64,000 nt of DNA from Sphagnum compactum (taxonomy: Eukaryota), in contig OZ234493.1 in NCBI GenBank assembly GCA_965153455.1, positions 18,094,213 to 18,158,212 of the forward strand. Direction: 5' to 3'. The notes beneath the pieces were generated by a model that had not been told where the DNA came from, searched no databases, and saw only the letters and a program-made list of their open reading frames with translations. Numbering within the stretch: the stretch's first letter is position 1; every line of letters starts with the position of its first letter. This document shows positions 12,329 through 25,053 of the stretch, one piece after another. Position numbers and translations under genes: made by a program.

Positions 12329-12650
12329 ACAACAACAACAACAACAACAACACTAGCTAGCTAGCTAGCTAGCTACACATGCGAAGTGCTGCATCATAAT
12401 GTACCCGCCACCAACAACCACACCAGATTCCGAAAACTGGATTGTACTTGGAAATGAAAATGCTGCACGTCACAGAGGGAAGAAAGAATGTACGTTTTGC
12501 TTGTGAGCGAACGCTCGCGAAGCTTTTGGAAACCTGCCGTTGCTGTTGCGGCGTCGTTTGCCTTGCGTGCGTGTGAGCGAGCGAGCGAGCGAGCGAGAGA
12601 GCGACATGCGCGGCGGGGCTCTTGTGCTGCAACGAGGAGGAGGAGGAGGG
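12329..12650. repeat. Microsatellite cluster (ACA)n, (TAGC)n, (GAGC)n, (GGA)n at the TRM 5' end
   Basis: Direct inspection; GC-rich promoter/5'UTR context. Confidence 0.75.
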
Positions 12651-13269
12651 CGAGTCGCGCGCCGAACGCCAAACTCGCCTAGCGTTGCGCAGGCGTGGAG
12701 AGTTAGCGCAACGCGGCGTGTGGGTGACGGAGCACACAAGAAGACAAAGGGAAAGACAGTTGGTTGGCGCAGTTTAAAAAAAATAAAATTGGGCAATAAT
12801 TTCTTTAAATCAGGGAAAATTAATTAAAAGCAATTTAAAAATTTAAAAATTATCGATACCAATGATTGTTTCTATCTTTTACTCATTTGCTCATTTACTG
12901 TTTTCTGTCTTTTTGTTTGAGTCGCACTTGGCGTTGTTTCATAAACGCAGCAGCAACAACCATAGCGTACGCTTAGCGCGCGCAAAATTGGTGAAAATAC
13001 TAGTAAATGGTGGTGTACCCAGCCTGGCTCCCTGGCGGGCGGGCGGGCGGGCGGCGGGCGTTCGCACGTTCCCCCTGAAAACGGCTCCTTACTTATGCGT
13101 CCTGTCGCTTTCAATGCCCGGGCCAGGTCCCAAGCTCCTTCGCTTTCGGATCCGACGACACCTCAAAACTGTCATCGGACTTCAAACTTTTAACTCAAGT
13201 TAAACCCTCCCCCGCGGTAATTATCCGTGTTGGGTTTTAGGACTCGCAGGGTATCTGTGTTGGCAATCG

Positions 13270-14100
13270 CACCAGTGTCTTTGTTTCAGGCGAAAATTTG
13301 GCTATTTTTGACTAAGAAATCGGGATTTTTTTTTAAATTAATTTTTTTGTTTTTCTCGTGTAACTTCGACTGATTTTGCTTTTTTTTGGGGTTAAATTTC
13401 GCCAAATTTTCTATCTGAAAAAAATGAACAAACAAAATGGTTGGGACTCGCAGTGCTTTTTTTCTGGCGAAATTTCACTGTTTTCTGACAAAGAAATTGG
13501 GAAAATTTTGGATTTTTTTTGTTTTTTAAGTGTAAATTCGAATAATTAGCCACAGTGGTGATCATCCACAAGAGGAATTAGCCAAATTTTCCTCCTGGCC
13601 AAAGATGAAAGTAGAAAATTTTAAATATCTTATTATATTTTGGCTACCTACTGGAACCTATTGTTTAATCATCTGGTGACTGTGGCACTCTTCTTTCACA
13701 ACTATCCTTCATATGAGTTTGGAATTTTATTATTATTATTATTATTTTCTGTTGCCAAGTGGTGAAAATTTGCCCCAAAAAAACTGGTTGGGAAGTTCTA
13801 ACCATCATTGTGAGGTTATTTGAATTTAGAAAGAACTGTTGGCTTCCAAAATTTTAAAAGTATTTCAGAATCAAAGAACCATCATACCTGGTAATTTCAA
13901 AAACCTTTAAGAACTAGAGGTTTTCATTAAAAAAATGGTAAAAACTTCATAGTTCTATAGGTCGTAGTTTGATTTTTCTATTTAAAACAAAAAAAACATG
14001 GGTATTTATCAGAATTGATTCTTTGATTTTTGAGAATGGTGATTATGAATCCTAAAAACCACCTTGATAACCATTAGGTCAATTAAATTGTCCAACATTA
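13270..14100. mobile_element. Cluster of short AT-rich non-autonomous repeats (MITE-like); related copies at ~17430-18235, ~22860-23060, ~25630-25900 and ~27660-27880
   Basis: Shared segments recur in both orientations elsewhere in the window, e.g. ttagccaaattt...atgaaagtagaaaa...tatattttggctacctactggaacc and agaatcaaagaacc...atttcaaaa...ctgataacc. Confidence 0.6.
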
Positions 14101-14649
14101 GTTTTCATTTTTTGGAATCGGTAGGTAAGGCTAGGGTATATATATCAATGTTGTTTTGGTATTTGGAAAAATGTCTGGTATGAATTTGGGTATACATTTG
14201 GGAATAGAGGAGGACCCTACTAATAAGTTATCAATGTGATGAATTTTTTTGCAAACCTAGTTGCCAGTTCTAGCAAAAAATGACATATTAAGGTTGCTCG
14301 ACCAATTGGGTTTAGGGTTTTGGAAAGTTTTTGTGACACCAAGGCCCAACATTATGGGTCAACCTACAATATGAGCTTCTTGGTGTAGGTTTAGGTTTAT
14401 TGTTAAAGCGTATGAGTTTATGAATGCATCTTTTGGATATGGCAACTAGAAATTATAGTGTAGATTTGATATGATCTCTTGTGGCAAAAGTGCTTAAATT
14501 TTTTTGCCACCTATTTGGGCACGTTTACATGAAGAGGTATGTTTTGTTCACCTCTTTGTTGGTTTTTTTGAATATTTGTGTGTTTAGCCATTGTGTTGTG
14601 AATTTCAAAAAGGTTTGTTGTTTGTTTCAATTGTGTTGTGCATTCTGAA

Positions 14650-17000
14650 TATGGATGAATTGGAAATGTTTTATTCTCTTGAAAATGAGCTTCATGTTAT
14701 AGGGATAGTTGGTCCATGTTTAGAAACACTTGAGAAATTATGTCAAAGGAAATGTTGTAGGTTCAAACTGTTGTTGATGAGGAGTGTCGAACTAAAGAAG
14801 AGGTGCTCTAGATGTAAAAGCTAACATAGTTGACTGTGAATCAAAAGTTTTGGGTGTATCAAATGAATCATTATGTATTAAATTCATTGGTTTTTTTTGT
14901 GTTGAGTGAAAGTAATGCCAACATCAACATGCAAGCAACACAAGTCTTGAGGTGCATGATGTGTCATGCTTTTGATAATTCCATAGGTTTTCATAGCTTT
15001 ACCAAGTCTTGAAAAAGTTTTTTATCTTACAACCTTGAACGTAATATCATTTCCATGAAAAAACATGTTGCTCATGAACATGACACAAAATTGTTGAAAT
15101 ATGTGGCGCACAAGAATGTTTTAGGAAACACCACATGCAAATGGCAAAAAAACTAAACATATGGCATCTATAACACTTTTGGCCATCACAAATTTTTTTT
15201 GAATTATAAGGCTTTACAAAAAATCCCACTTTATTCACATGTAATGCATTCAAAATCTTGTGTTGATAATTGCAAAAGGTTATATGTTATTGTTTGTTCT
15301 AAAAAGCCGCTGGTTGAAGCAGATGACACTCCATCTATGTGGTCAAGTACAATTTTCATCTTGAAAATAACTTGTTTGAGAACATTTTCCTACTATGTTA
15401 TAGAAGATCATGAAAATGTATGTGTTTCCTGCCATTGGTTAGTGTGCAATTGTGACAACAACTTTTGACTCATGGATGTCAAGGTTAAGCTATGACACCT
15501 TTACTTTGGTTGTCAATTTTATTAACCTAAAGGTTTTGTGTCACAAAATAATTGGATTGTTCAAAGCACCTAACTTTTTATGTAACTTTTGCAGAATAGG
15601 TGAAGGTTGTGTTAGCAAAATTCAATTTAACAAAAATGGTTCTAACCTATGTTAAGGATGAAGGAGCTAATTTAAGTTGTCTCACAACTACCTCATTTCT
15701 ATTGTGATTTACAATTATTTTTGAATCATTACAATTACCTCAACTGGTTGTTGGCTTTTGTTTTGGTCATGTTATGTCAAAACATGTTAGTATGTTGCCA
15801 ACGAGGCTAAGGTTGGTGTGGGTATGAAGGAAATTAATTTGAAAGATGCCCAAGTTGCACTTCATAAAATAATCAGATGGATTAAAAAGTATGGGAAGGG
15901 CGAAATTGAGTGGCAAAAGGCTTGCTATGAAAGTGACATGTAGCACAAGAAATTAAAAACCCATGTGGAAACTTGTTTCACTTGCAAGGTCATCTTGTTC
16001 CAAAAAACCTTGTAATCAACATTTGTTACACATGGCAAAATTTATTTTTGTAAGTTAAGGTTCCTAGTGGTCTTACATGGGCAATCGCCTAAGTGATAAT
16101 TGAAACTTTAAACCATGTTGTTCACCAATGTTTATTGAATCAATGTAAAGGGTATTGGCTTTTATCTAATGCATTGTTTGTTGCTTTGACAATCATGGGA
16201 TGATGAAGAAAGAATATGCATGTCAAATTGCAATTGTTCCTCCATTTTAATGTGGGGAATTTGATTAGAAGATAAAAAATTTATATGCAAAATGGTTGCA
16301 AAAGTTATTAATGTGTTGCATCTTTTTTTAGGTTTTGTATAAACCTTCTTTTAGGAGAAAACTCATATGATGTTCATGTTTATGCTTGATCCACATTTTG
16401 AAGGCCTAGATTGCATCATGGATCACATAGGCGAGGATTAAACAACTATGTTGTCGCAATAATATGATGATCTAGTTTTGCTACCTTTGTTAAATAATAT
16501 TATGAATTTTTTGGATTCAAGTCAAGCTACAACATCTTTAGTTCTTGCACCATTTCAACCACCTTGAGATGGGTTATTTGGGTTAATTGTTTCATCACAA
16601 AAAAATTCTAAAGGTCTTCTCAAAGTTGAACATTTTTTGTTTTGCACGTTTCATGTGGAGAATGCAAATGGGCTTGATCCATTTAAATGATGAGCTAGTA
16701 ATCAATTTAGATTCCCAAATGTGTGTTTTTTTTGCATGACAGATTTTTTGCATCCCAAGTTCATAAATTGAAATGAAGCAATTTTTTGAAATTATAGATG
16801 TATTCACTAGCTTACAATGGCGCCATCTTGGGGTTGATAATATTGACAAGCTTGTAATGATTTATAAGAATTGGTTTAGTGATGTATGAAATGATTGCAA
16901 TCTTGTTGATGGACAAAAATTGGTTGAGTTTCTTTTGTGGTTGAAGATACCTTGTTAGAAGATAATGAGAACATGCTAGAGAAGACATGATATTCTGAAG
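14650..17000 (+). pseudogene. Degenerate hAT-superfamily transposase (BED finger, catalytic core, hAT dimerisation domain)
   Basis: Motifs occur in order, broken by stops and frameshifts: LRCMMCH (~14950) and SMKKHVAHEH (~15055) as BED finger; FDSWMSR..YDTFTLVVNFIN (~15464); YVKDEGANL (~15648); FGHVMSK; KLKTHVETCF (~15950); MLDPHF (~16382); FFA*QIFCIPSS*IEMKQFF and IDKLVMIYKNW (16727-16875) as dimerisation domain. Confidence 0.85.
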
Positions 17001-18711
17001 AATGAATCTAGGGTTTGAGGATGTAAGATTTCTAGATCTCAATTGCAAATCAATTACATTTTGCACTTAAATTTTTCACTCATATTTAGCATTTTGGACT
17101 TTAACACCACACCCTTGTAATTCTTGTTGGATGAGGTGCTCGTATGTAGAATATAATTTGAATTAACTTTTGTTTTGTGATTCTATCCATCCTAGCACTT
17201 TATTCTTTTTATTGGACCCAAAAAAACACATTTCCACACTTTGAAAACCCTAAGTCCAATACTTGGATCCAGGTTGTCATTTATGTAAAATAAATTATGA
17301 CACACCCTAGTTCATATTGCTATTGCTAATTTACCTACAACCAAGTGTTGATACAAAAAGGGTACCAAAAAAAAGTTTAAACCCTTACCCAAATTGACAA
17401 ATTAAAAATCTTGATACCAATGTTCCTTTTACTAGCAAATTTTCACCAAATTCAACCTTAAAAATATGATTTCAATCTATACAAAGGATTTTTTTTGTGA
17501 AAAAAAGTGACCCAAATTCACCAAATTCACCAAATTTTGAATTTTTATTTTTATTTTTTCAAATCGCCAGATTTTTATGATAAGTTCCAGCAGGTAGGCA
17601 AGAATATAGAAGGATTCAGTAATTTTTCTACTTTCATATCTAGTATGCAGCCAAATTTGGCTAAATTATTTTGTGAATGATTGCCACTTTGGCTACAACA
17701 CAAAATCCTTAAAAGAAACCCTGCTTGATACCAAGAACCGTCGGGTATCTCCAAAACCTGAACCCAGAACAACACTGGTATATACATATATATATGCCTT
17801 TGATCAACAGTTCTCAAAAGTCAAAAAACTGGTTTTGACAGTTTGGCCCTTGGCCCCGGCGGTTTTCTCACAAACCATAAAACCTGTTTGGAAGCTTGCA
17901 TGTATGTGGTTCTAAAGAATCCAAGAAGGGCGGGGGGGGTCAAAGAACCTACCCTAAATTGCTGGCTCTTTTCCGGTTCTTTCATGACAACCATAAATTC
18001 TTCCATAGTTTTAAAAAAATCCGGAACTGAAGGTTCTCAGCAAGACCATCGGTTCTTTTCCGGTTCTTTCTTGAAAACCCAGAGGTTCTTTGAGGTGCTT
18101 GAAATAACCTGGAACTGGTCGGCTCTTTGATCCTAAATTTAGAATACCCGGAATAGCCTATTCGTTGATTCTGCGTTTTTTTGTAATACCCAGAACCAAC
18201 GGTTATTTAAAAACCAAAGAACCACCCCACGCTTGTAAATGCCCATTCATGGTAATGAAACTGAATTGAGACCTGGACTGTGCCGTATAGGTACCTACCC
18301 TACTTTACCAAACAGATAAGCCTATCAGTAGCAGCTACCTAGTATCGTAGCCTGTAGAAACCGGGCACGGTAAACCTTGGAGCCAATCATGTGAATCGAC
18401 GGCCCGTGTGAGTTTGGGGCCGTTACATCTGACGGTTCAGAACCGGTTTTACTCTGGAAAATTAACCAGCTTATGCTACGGGTTAATTTTTCTTCTGTTC
18501 TTCTTCTCCTGTGAGAGGTAATTAAGAAGGGGCTGGATTCGAAGTAATTCCAGAAACACCCAGTAAAAGTAAATACGGTAGATCGGATTCCCAACAGGTC
18601 AAACTAAGTCAGTAAAATAATAAAGAAAAAACAGTCATTCAAAGATGAGTAACTAATTAATTATCAACAGACATAATTTGATGTCAGTCAAGTCTATTAA
18701 TAAAACTTTAC

Positions 18712-19129
18712 AAAGATTAGGAAATTAATACTATAACTCTACAAAGGATTAGTTAATAAATATCCAAGGATTAGTTGATTAAATTAAATTAATTCACTAT
18801 TAATTAGAGGGATTAAAAAAATTCAGTGGAAAAAATTGGTAGGGTTTAATTGGTGGAGCTTCTTTTTTTAATAAAGAAATGTACTTAGTATGGCTGTTCA
18901 ATCACTTCCCCTCTTTTAGAAAGATTAGCTAATGAATATTTAATTTTACAAAGGATTAGTTTTATATTAAAAAATTAGTTAATTAGCATCCAAGGATTAG
19001 TTGCTTGAGCTTAGTTAGAAGGATTTAGTAAACATTCAGTGGAAAAGTGGTAGGTTTTAATTGGAGCTTGTTTTTTCTAATTAAAAATAATATATATATT
19101 TATGGCTGTTCACTCATTTCCTCTCTTTT
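18712..19129. repeat. ~208-bp diverged tandem duplication
   Basis: aaagattag...tacaaaggattagtt...atccaaggattagttg...ttcagtggaaaa...tatggctgttca..cctctttt starts at both 18712 and 18920. Confidence 0.8.
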
Positions 19130-19305
19130 GCATCATTTCTAACTCCTTGTCTTTATTGTTTTTGTTTGTTGGTGGTGACTTGTGACTTGCAAATGATTTC
19201 TTCAAGTGGGTCATGGCACAATAAAAGAAAGAGAGTGGATGGAGGAAGGTGGGAGGGGGAAGTTGGGGAAGAGGGGAACAAAAACTTCATTACTCATTAG
19301 AGAGA

Positions 19306-19857
19306 CCCTAGAAATTCTCATCCACTTGGGTCTCGAGTCACCATCATTTACCATCATCAGTTTCCATGCTTTGGGTGCATTTATTCATCCATTACTCATC
19401 TAGTGCATGGACTCCATTTCCTTTTTTTGTGGGTTTTGGGTTGGATGCAAGTTGGAACATTAAGATAAATGATTTTCATTTATTCATCCATTACTCCATC
19501 AAGTGCATGGGACTTCATTTCATTTTTTGTATGTCCTTTGTTGGATTGGGGTAGGGGGGGGGGGGGGGGGGGGAAGAGGAGATTAAGCCCTAGAAATTCT
19601 CATCCACTTGGGTTTCGAGTCATCAACATGACCACCATCAGTATCCATGTTTTTGGTGCATTTATTCATCCATCTACTCATCAAGTGCATGGACTCCATT
19701 TCTTTTCTTTTTTTGGGCATTTGGTTGGATGCAACTTGGAAATTAAGACAAAAGTTTTACATTTATTCATCCATCCATTCATCTAGTGCATGGACTGACT
19801 TCATTTGGTTTTTGGTAGCTTTTTGGTTAAATGCAAGTTGGAATTAACACAAAAGTT
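19306..19857. repeat. Nested tandem repeat: two ~282-bp units built from ~100-bp subunits, with a poly-G run between them
   Basis: ccctagaaattctcatccacttggg at 19306 and 19588; ttattcatcca...catc(t/a)agtgcatgg occurs 4 times; ggttggatgcaa(g/c)ttggaa recurs. Confidence 0.8.
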
Positions 19858-22222
19858 TGGTCCTTCATTTATTACAAGCTCAAGACCCATTTTGGAATTT
19901 TGGATGGCAAGTTGTGAATAATACAAAACAAACCAACCTGTCCACACTCTCTCTTTTGCTTTTTTTTAAAAAAAACTTAAAAACTAATTTTTAACACTTG
20001 ACTTGAAGGCTTGTTGGGTGTGTTTTTAATGCAAACTTGTATAATAGATTAGGTAGAACTTTACCTTAGCAAACAATTTTTCACTTTTCATTGAAGCCAG
20101 TCATATACCAATTTGGCTCCATGGTAGTCTTTTTGTGGATGATTCTTTTCTTTGTTTTTTTGGGGGTGAGAAGAGATACTACAACCAACCCATCACACTA
20201 TTTGGGTCTAGTGATGATCATACTTGCATGTTGTGATCATAGTTGGATGCCACCAACTATGGTACATGATGAGTAAGGTAATGGTACATACATAGATTGT
20301 GAGGTGGTAAGAGTGAGAGGGATCTTAAACCTACTATTTAGGGGGCAAGAGGCACCCTACACCTATAAGTAGGTGTATGATCTCTCCTCTTTTCTAGCAG
20401 GGATATGCTTGGGTATAAATTGCCCTCCACATACACTACACTAGGATTCTCCAAGTGCTATAGCTGACCAAAGGATTATAACATTATAACCCTCTTCATC
20501 TTTTGCTCTAGTTTGCCCATGCTCTCAACTTAACAACTTCATTTGATTAATTTTTATTTCACAAAAGTGGCAATTCTATGCTGAATTTTTTTTAAAAAAA
20601 TTGAAAAAATCTCCAGTTTTTTTTTCACCACATAGTGGCACATTTGGTTCATGTATTGTGATAAGTTGTACTTAAAATTTAAGTGATTTAAGTATCTTAC
20701 AAACAAGGAAAGATATCTTTTTTCTTTGGTCAAATAACATGAGAGATATATAAGGAAAGATATATTTTTTAATTTGGTCAAACAACATGAGAGAGATATA
20801 TGTCAGGTGGGATATGATGATGGCCATGCTTTATTGTGCACAATGCACCCAATAAAATAAAATAAATGAAATGGACCCACATTTCCTAAGTCAAAATAAA
20901 GCAAAAGTGGTGATGTTACACTTTGTTAACTCCAATAACTTATGTGAAAATAACTAATCAATTCCATACAACAAAGCCATGCATCAATTCAAAGGCAAAT
21001 ATTATCAATTCTCCACAATATTGTATGGCACATCAATGTTAGACGGGTTACCTATCATAACCAATCCAACTACACTAGGTTGAATCTTCACCAAACTCGG
21101 TGTGACTACTTGAAGATCATACCCTTCAGACCTGTTGGGCAATTGTTTCACCTTCGGTATGGTAGTTAGAAAATTGTCACCTTTCAAACAAAGGCAATAG
21201 CCTAGTAGTTGTGAATAACCGCTCGATCATATCCTTATTTATTTATTTATTTTCCCCTCAATGTCGTACTCAATCACCACACACATTGCAATAATGTATG
21301 GTGGAGTTTTGCAATAAGTGGTTAAAAATTGAAGCCTTATTGTCCTTCAAATGGGGTGTAATCTTTCTAACACATGTCATAAAATATAAAAATATAGGAG
21401 TACTCCAAATCTGAGCAACAATAGTCCAATAATCCTTCAATTCAGAATGGCACATTCAAAGGTTCCTTCTAAAAATCAATATTAAATTCATATATATTCA
21501 TTCCAATGACAATGTTTCATTGAGACTGATTTATGAAGGATGAGTATTTTGATGATCGTCATTATGACAATTTCAGAGTCATTCTAGATTATAATTCGTC
21601 ATAAATCAAATTCCAATTGAGAATCCTTTTTTGGGTGTTTGTTTTGCACCTTCGCAATGTTTTTGTCTATTTACACGCCCACATATTTAATGAATTATAT
21701 ACCTAGTGTATCAATTCAAAATTTGGAAAAATTTGAATGCAAAATTCACTATATAAGGTTTTTTGGGTTTAATTTGGCAAGTCTTGAGGTCAAATCCTTT
21801 AGTTTAAAATTATAGGGGAAAGACACCACTCCTGAGGGCCTCCTCTAATTTAAGGGCTGTAGCCTCAAGACTGGTAGCCCAAGGGCCTAGTAGGACTGAA
21901 AATTAGAGGGAGGACATGCATGCCTTTGTGTAAAGTGAGGAAAGGGTATCAAACCTTTCACCATTTTGCATGCAAACCTTCTTCCATTTCTTACTTTCCG
22001 CAATTGCGGTGGAAAGTCCCTTCAATTGATGAAGGTATCTTCCACACAGAGAGAGACACAGAGAGAGAGAGAGCCTCAATTACCCGAAGTAGTTGAGGCA
22101 CATGAAACGCGGGAAATGCTTTCAAATGCAAAGGAAAAAACCTTCAAGTGCTCAAGTGCTTTAGAGGCAGGGTTGACAGTAGTCCTTCAACTACCTCTTA
22201 TGCAAATTGTTGGATACAGGAG

Positions 22223-22422
22223 TAGTACCTTGCCCATTTCAACACATGTTTGTCGAATAATTAATTAATTAATTAATTTTGAAACATTCATTTCAACAAA
22301 TGAAATATTCTTAAATATCCATTATTTTCCTTCACAATATTTTTTGATTGGGAAGAAATAATTTTTGAAAATTTCAACATTTCTCAAATAATATAATTAG
22401 TGTCGAATTGGCCAAGGTACTA
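22223..22422. mobile_element. ~200-bp MITE with ~23-bp TIRs (copy 1)
   Basis: Left end tagtaccttgcccatttcaacac; right end gtgtcgaattggccaaggtacta (reverse complement tagtaccttggccaattcgacac). Close copy at 49175-49368 and an inverted copy at 32259-32511. Confidence 0.85.
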
Positions 22423-23138
22423 AGGTATTCTTCCTCTGCAATAGTACCCCTCTCTTCATTAGTAGTAGCTGCTATAAATACAGTGGATGATGCACTGTCA
22501 GGACTCAGCAAAGCTGGGAATTATTTTTTAATGACATGATTAAAAAATAATTCAAATTTCAAATTAAGAAAAGAAATAGAGAAATAATTCCTTTAATTCT
22601 GTGTAGGGTGATATATGCGTGAGGAGTGGGGCCTTCCTGAAATAAGCGCACCTCAGCTCCACCTCCCCACCAAATACACTGAAAAATTTCTCTCTGTACT
22701 TTGCGTGTAGGGAAGGGCGTGTCCAGGGGATTTTAACACACTCGAGAAATTTCAGAAAATCTGGAGGGCATTTTATATTCATGATATACCTCCCCCTCTT
22801 AAGGAGTAAGTGTAAGAACCCCACCCCTTTTGTGCACCTCATGATCGTAGTTTATTTTCTGGTGAATTTTTGCTAAATGGGTAAAATACGAATTTTGTCG
22901 GGTTTTCTTGTTGCCAATTTTGGAAAAAAAATTTGAAAAAAACACGTGATTCTGTATTAAGTCCAGTGAGTAGCCAAAAATATAGAAGGATGCTTAATTG
23001 TTTTTACTTCTTCAATATTTTAATAGCCAACTAGATCGTCTTATGGATAATTCAGCAAATTTCGAGGAATGAAAGAATAAAATCTAATTTAAAAAAAATA
23101 AAAAATACTGTTCTACATTTACAAATATTAAGGTGCTT

Positions 23139-24458
23139 AGGATATATTTTTGCCTTGTGCTTTAGGATGCGAAAGCCAACACAAGTGAGGTACATTGCAC
23201 TCCCAAAATGCCAGGGACAACAGACTCAACTCCTGCCTTGTCCTCGGAAAACTTATTTTGGGAATGCCCCCACCCCAGGGCTTATTGAGAATGTCGATCT
23301 TATTGCCATGCAGATACATAGAGGAGTTAAAACAAACCTAATAATCTGTGTGGGAAACGAGAACTCTAGTTTCACTCGTGCTCAGCTGCACACATATCAT
23401 ATGAACAAACAAAGAGAAAAACGGGCATGCACATAGCACAAAGACACTTCTCACAATGGGTTCCCTCGACCTCTAAGGTTATGGCTTGTACATCCAATTT
23501 TGGACAAGGTAAGGAGGACTAAGGACCCACAATGGTGTGCAAATGGATTTGCTCTTGTAAGCTTGCACCTCAACAACAAGCTCTCAAATGACCAAGAAAA
23601 AAGAAAATATGACTACTTTGGGTTCACTAGGGTCAATGATTTGTCACATATTACATTATTGATTGGTCGACCATAGTAATTGATGTATGCATAGCTTATA
23701 AATGTTCTCTCAATGTACATTGTCCAATCTTTACTATTTATGAGTAAAGGAGAGAGAAATATTATCACTACATTTGGATGTGATAAATATCAATATTGAG
23801 AGACGTTAAACACCATCATTGAGCTATGTGTGACGCAATGCCTCGGCCTATTTTTGGAGACGGTGTCATTTTTTCATTGTTTTGCCTAGTTTGATTCACC
23901 CCTCTATCAAAAGATAAAACTACTCTAACAAAACAATTTTTGAGAACTTAGGACTCCATGGAGGTCACTAATGAAACCGTCAACTAGCCTACATTCAATC
24001 ATCTACTACAACATGATTTTCCTTTGTGTTTGTTTTGTTCTTTGGCAGAACATCCGTCAAAAGCATGTGTGATTCTTTTCAAGCTTTGCACAATTGCCCT
24101 CACAATGTGCCACCAAATAGAGCTTCATGAGGGGTATTAAAATGCCTCGCATTTATATTGTCTCAAATACAGTGCATAGTTGGAGATGCTCTAAAAGCAT
24201 TACCCAACTTCAAAAATTTATGATAATGGTAAGGCCCCAAAAGCCAAGGGATTTCCCAAAATAAAAAGGCTTAGGATGCCAAGGGGTAGATGTGTCCAGC
24301 CCCGCATGTTGTGCAACACAAAGCCCCAAGGTAGGGGCATTCCCAAAGTAAGGACCCTAGGACAGGCCAATAGTCAAGTCATGCACTACATTTTTGTGAA
24401 TGATGCGAGCCACCTGTGTACCTTAGCCACGAATAAAGGATGGGACAAACGTTATCAT
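23139..24458. mobile_element. Old ~1.3-kb non-autonomous element with long (~140 bp) degenerate TIRs (Mutator-like architecture)
   Basis: Left gactcaactcctgccttgtcctcggaaaacttattttgggaatgcccccacc aligns with the reverse complement of the right end, gacttgactattggcctgtcctagggtccttactttgggaatgcccctacc. Similarity extends out to both ends. TSD not resolved. Confidence 0.55.
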
Positions 24459-24797
24459 GAGATTTAGGTTCATGAGGTGGTAGGTGTGGGAGGGATTTTA
24501 CACCTATGATTTAGAGCAAGAAGGATCTTACATCTATAACTAGCAAGCATCTCGGGCATAAATAGTGCACATGTTGTATAGGTGTAACATCCATCCTCTC
24601 TTTTCTTCTAGAATGCACATGGATATAATGTGTGCCTTCCATATACACAAGGGATTTTCTTAGATTTGCAAGGATTTTTTCACCCATGGGCCTTATTGAT
24701 TGTAAAGAACAAGGCAAAACATTATGTGTAGGGTATAACACTCAAAGAGCAAGGAATTGCCAAAATATCACTTGGGGTGGAGCCAAGGGAGTGTCCA

Positions 24798-25053
24798 CCT
24801 AAGGAGCACTCATTTGGGGAACACCTTGAGAGGGCCCACCTAAGGAGCACTCATTTGGGGAACACCCTGAGAGCGCCCGCCTAAGGAGCACTCATTTGGG
24901 GAACACCTTGAGAGTGCCCGCCTAATGAGCACTCATTTGGGGAACACCCTGAGAGCGCCCGCCTAAGGAGCACTCATTTGGGGAACACCTTGAGAGTGCT
25001 CGCCTAATGAGCACTCATTTGGGGAACACCCTGAGAGCGCCCACCTAAGGAGC
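24798..25053. repeat. 41-bp tandem array, 6 full units plus 10 bp, with an 82-bp higher-order period
   Basis: Units cctaa(g/t)gagcactcatttggggaacacc(t/c)tgagag(g/c/t)gc(c/t)c(a/g) start at 24798, 24839, 24880, 24921, 24962, 25003 and 25044. Confidence 0.95.

Noticed and set aside
19553-19573. Poly-G run as a G-quadruplex element
   Set aside because: It is a simple homopolymer inside a repeat, its length is unreliable, and it has no functional context.
24798-25053. CRISPR-like appearance of the 41-bp array
   Set aside because: Units are contiguous with no unique spacers, no cas genes are present, and the DNA is eukaryotic.
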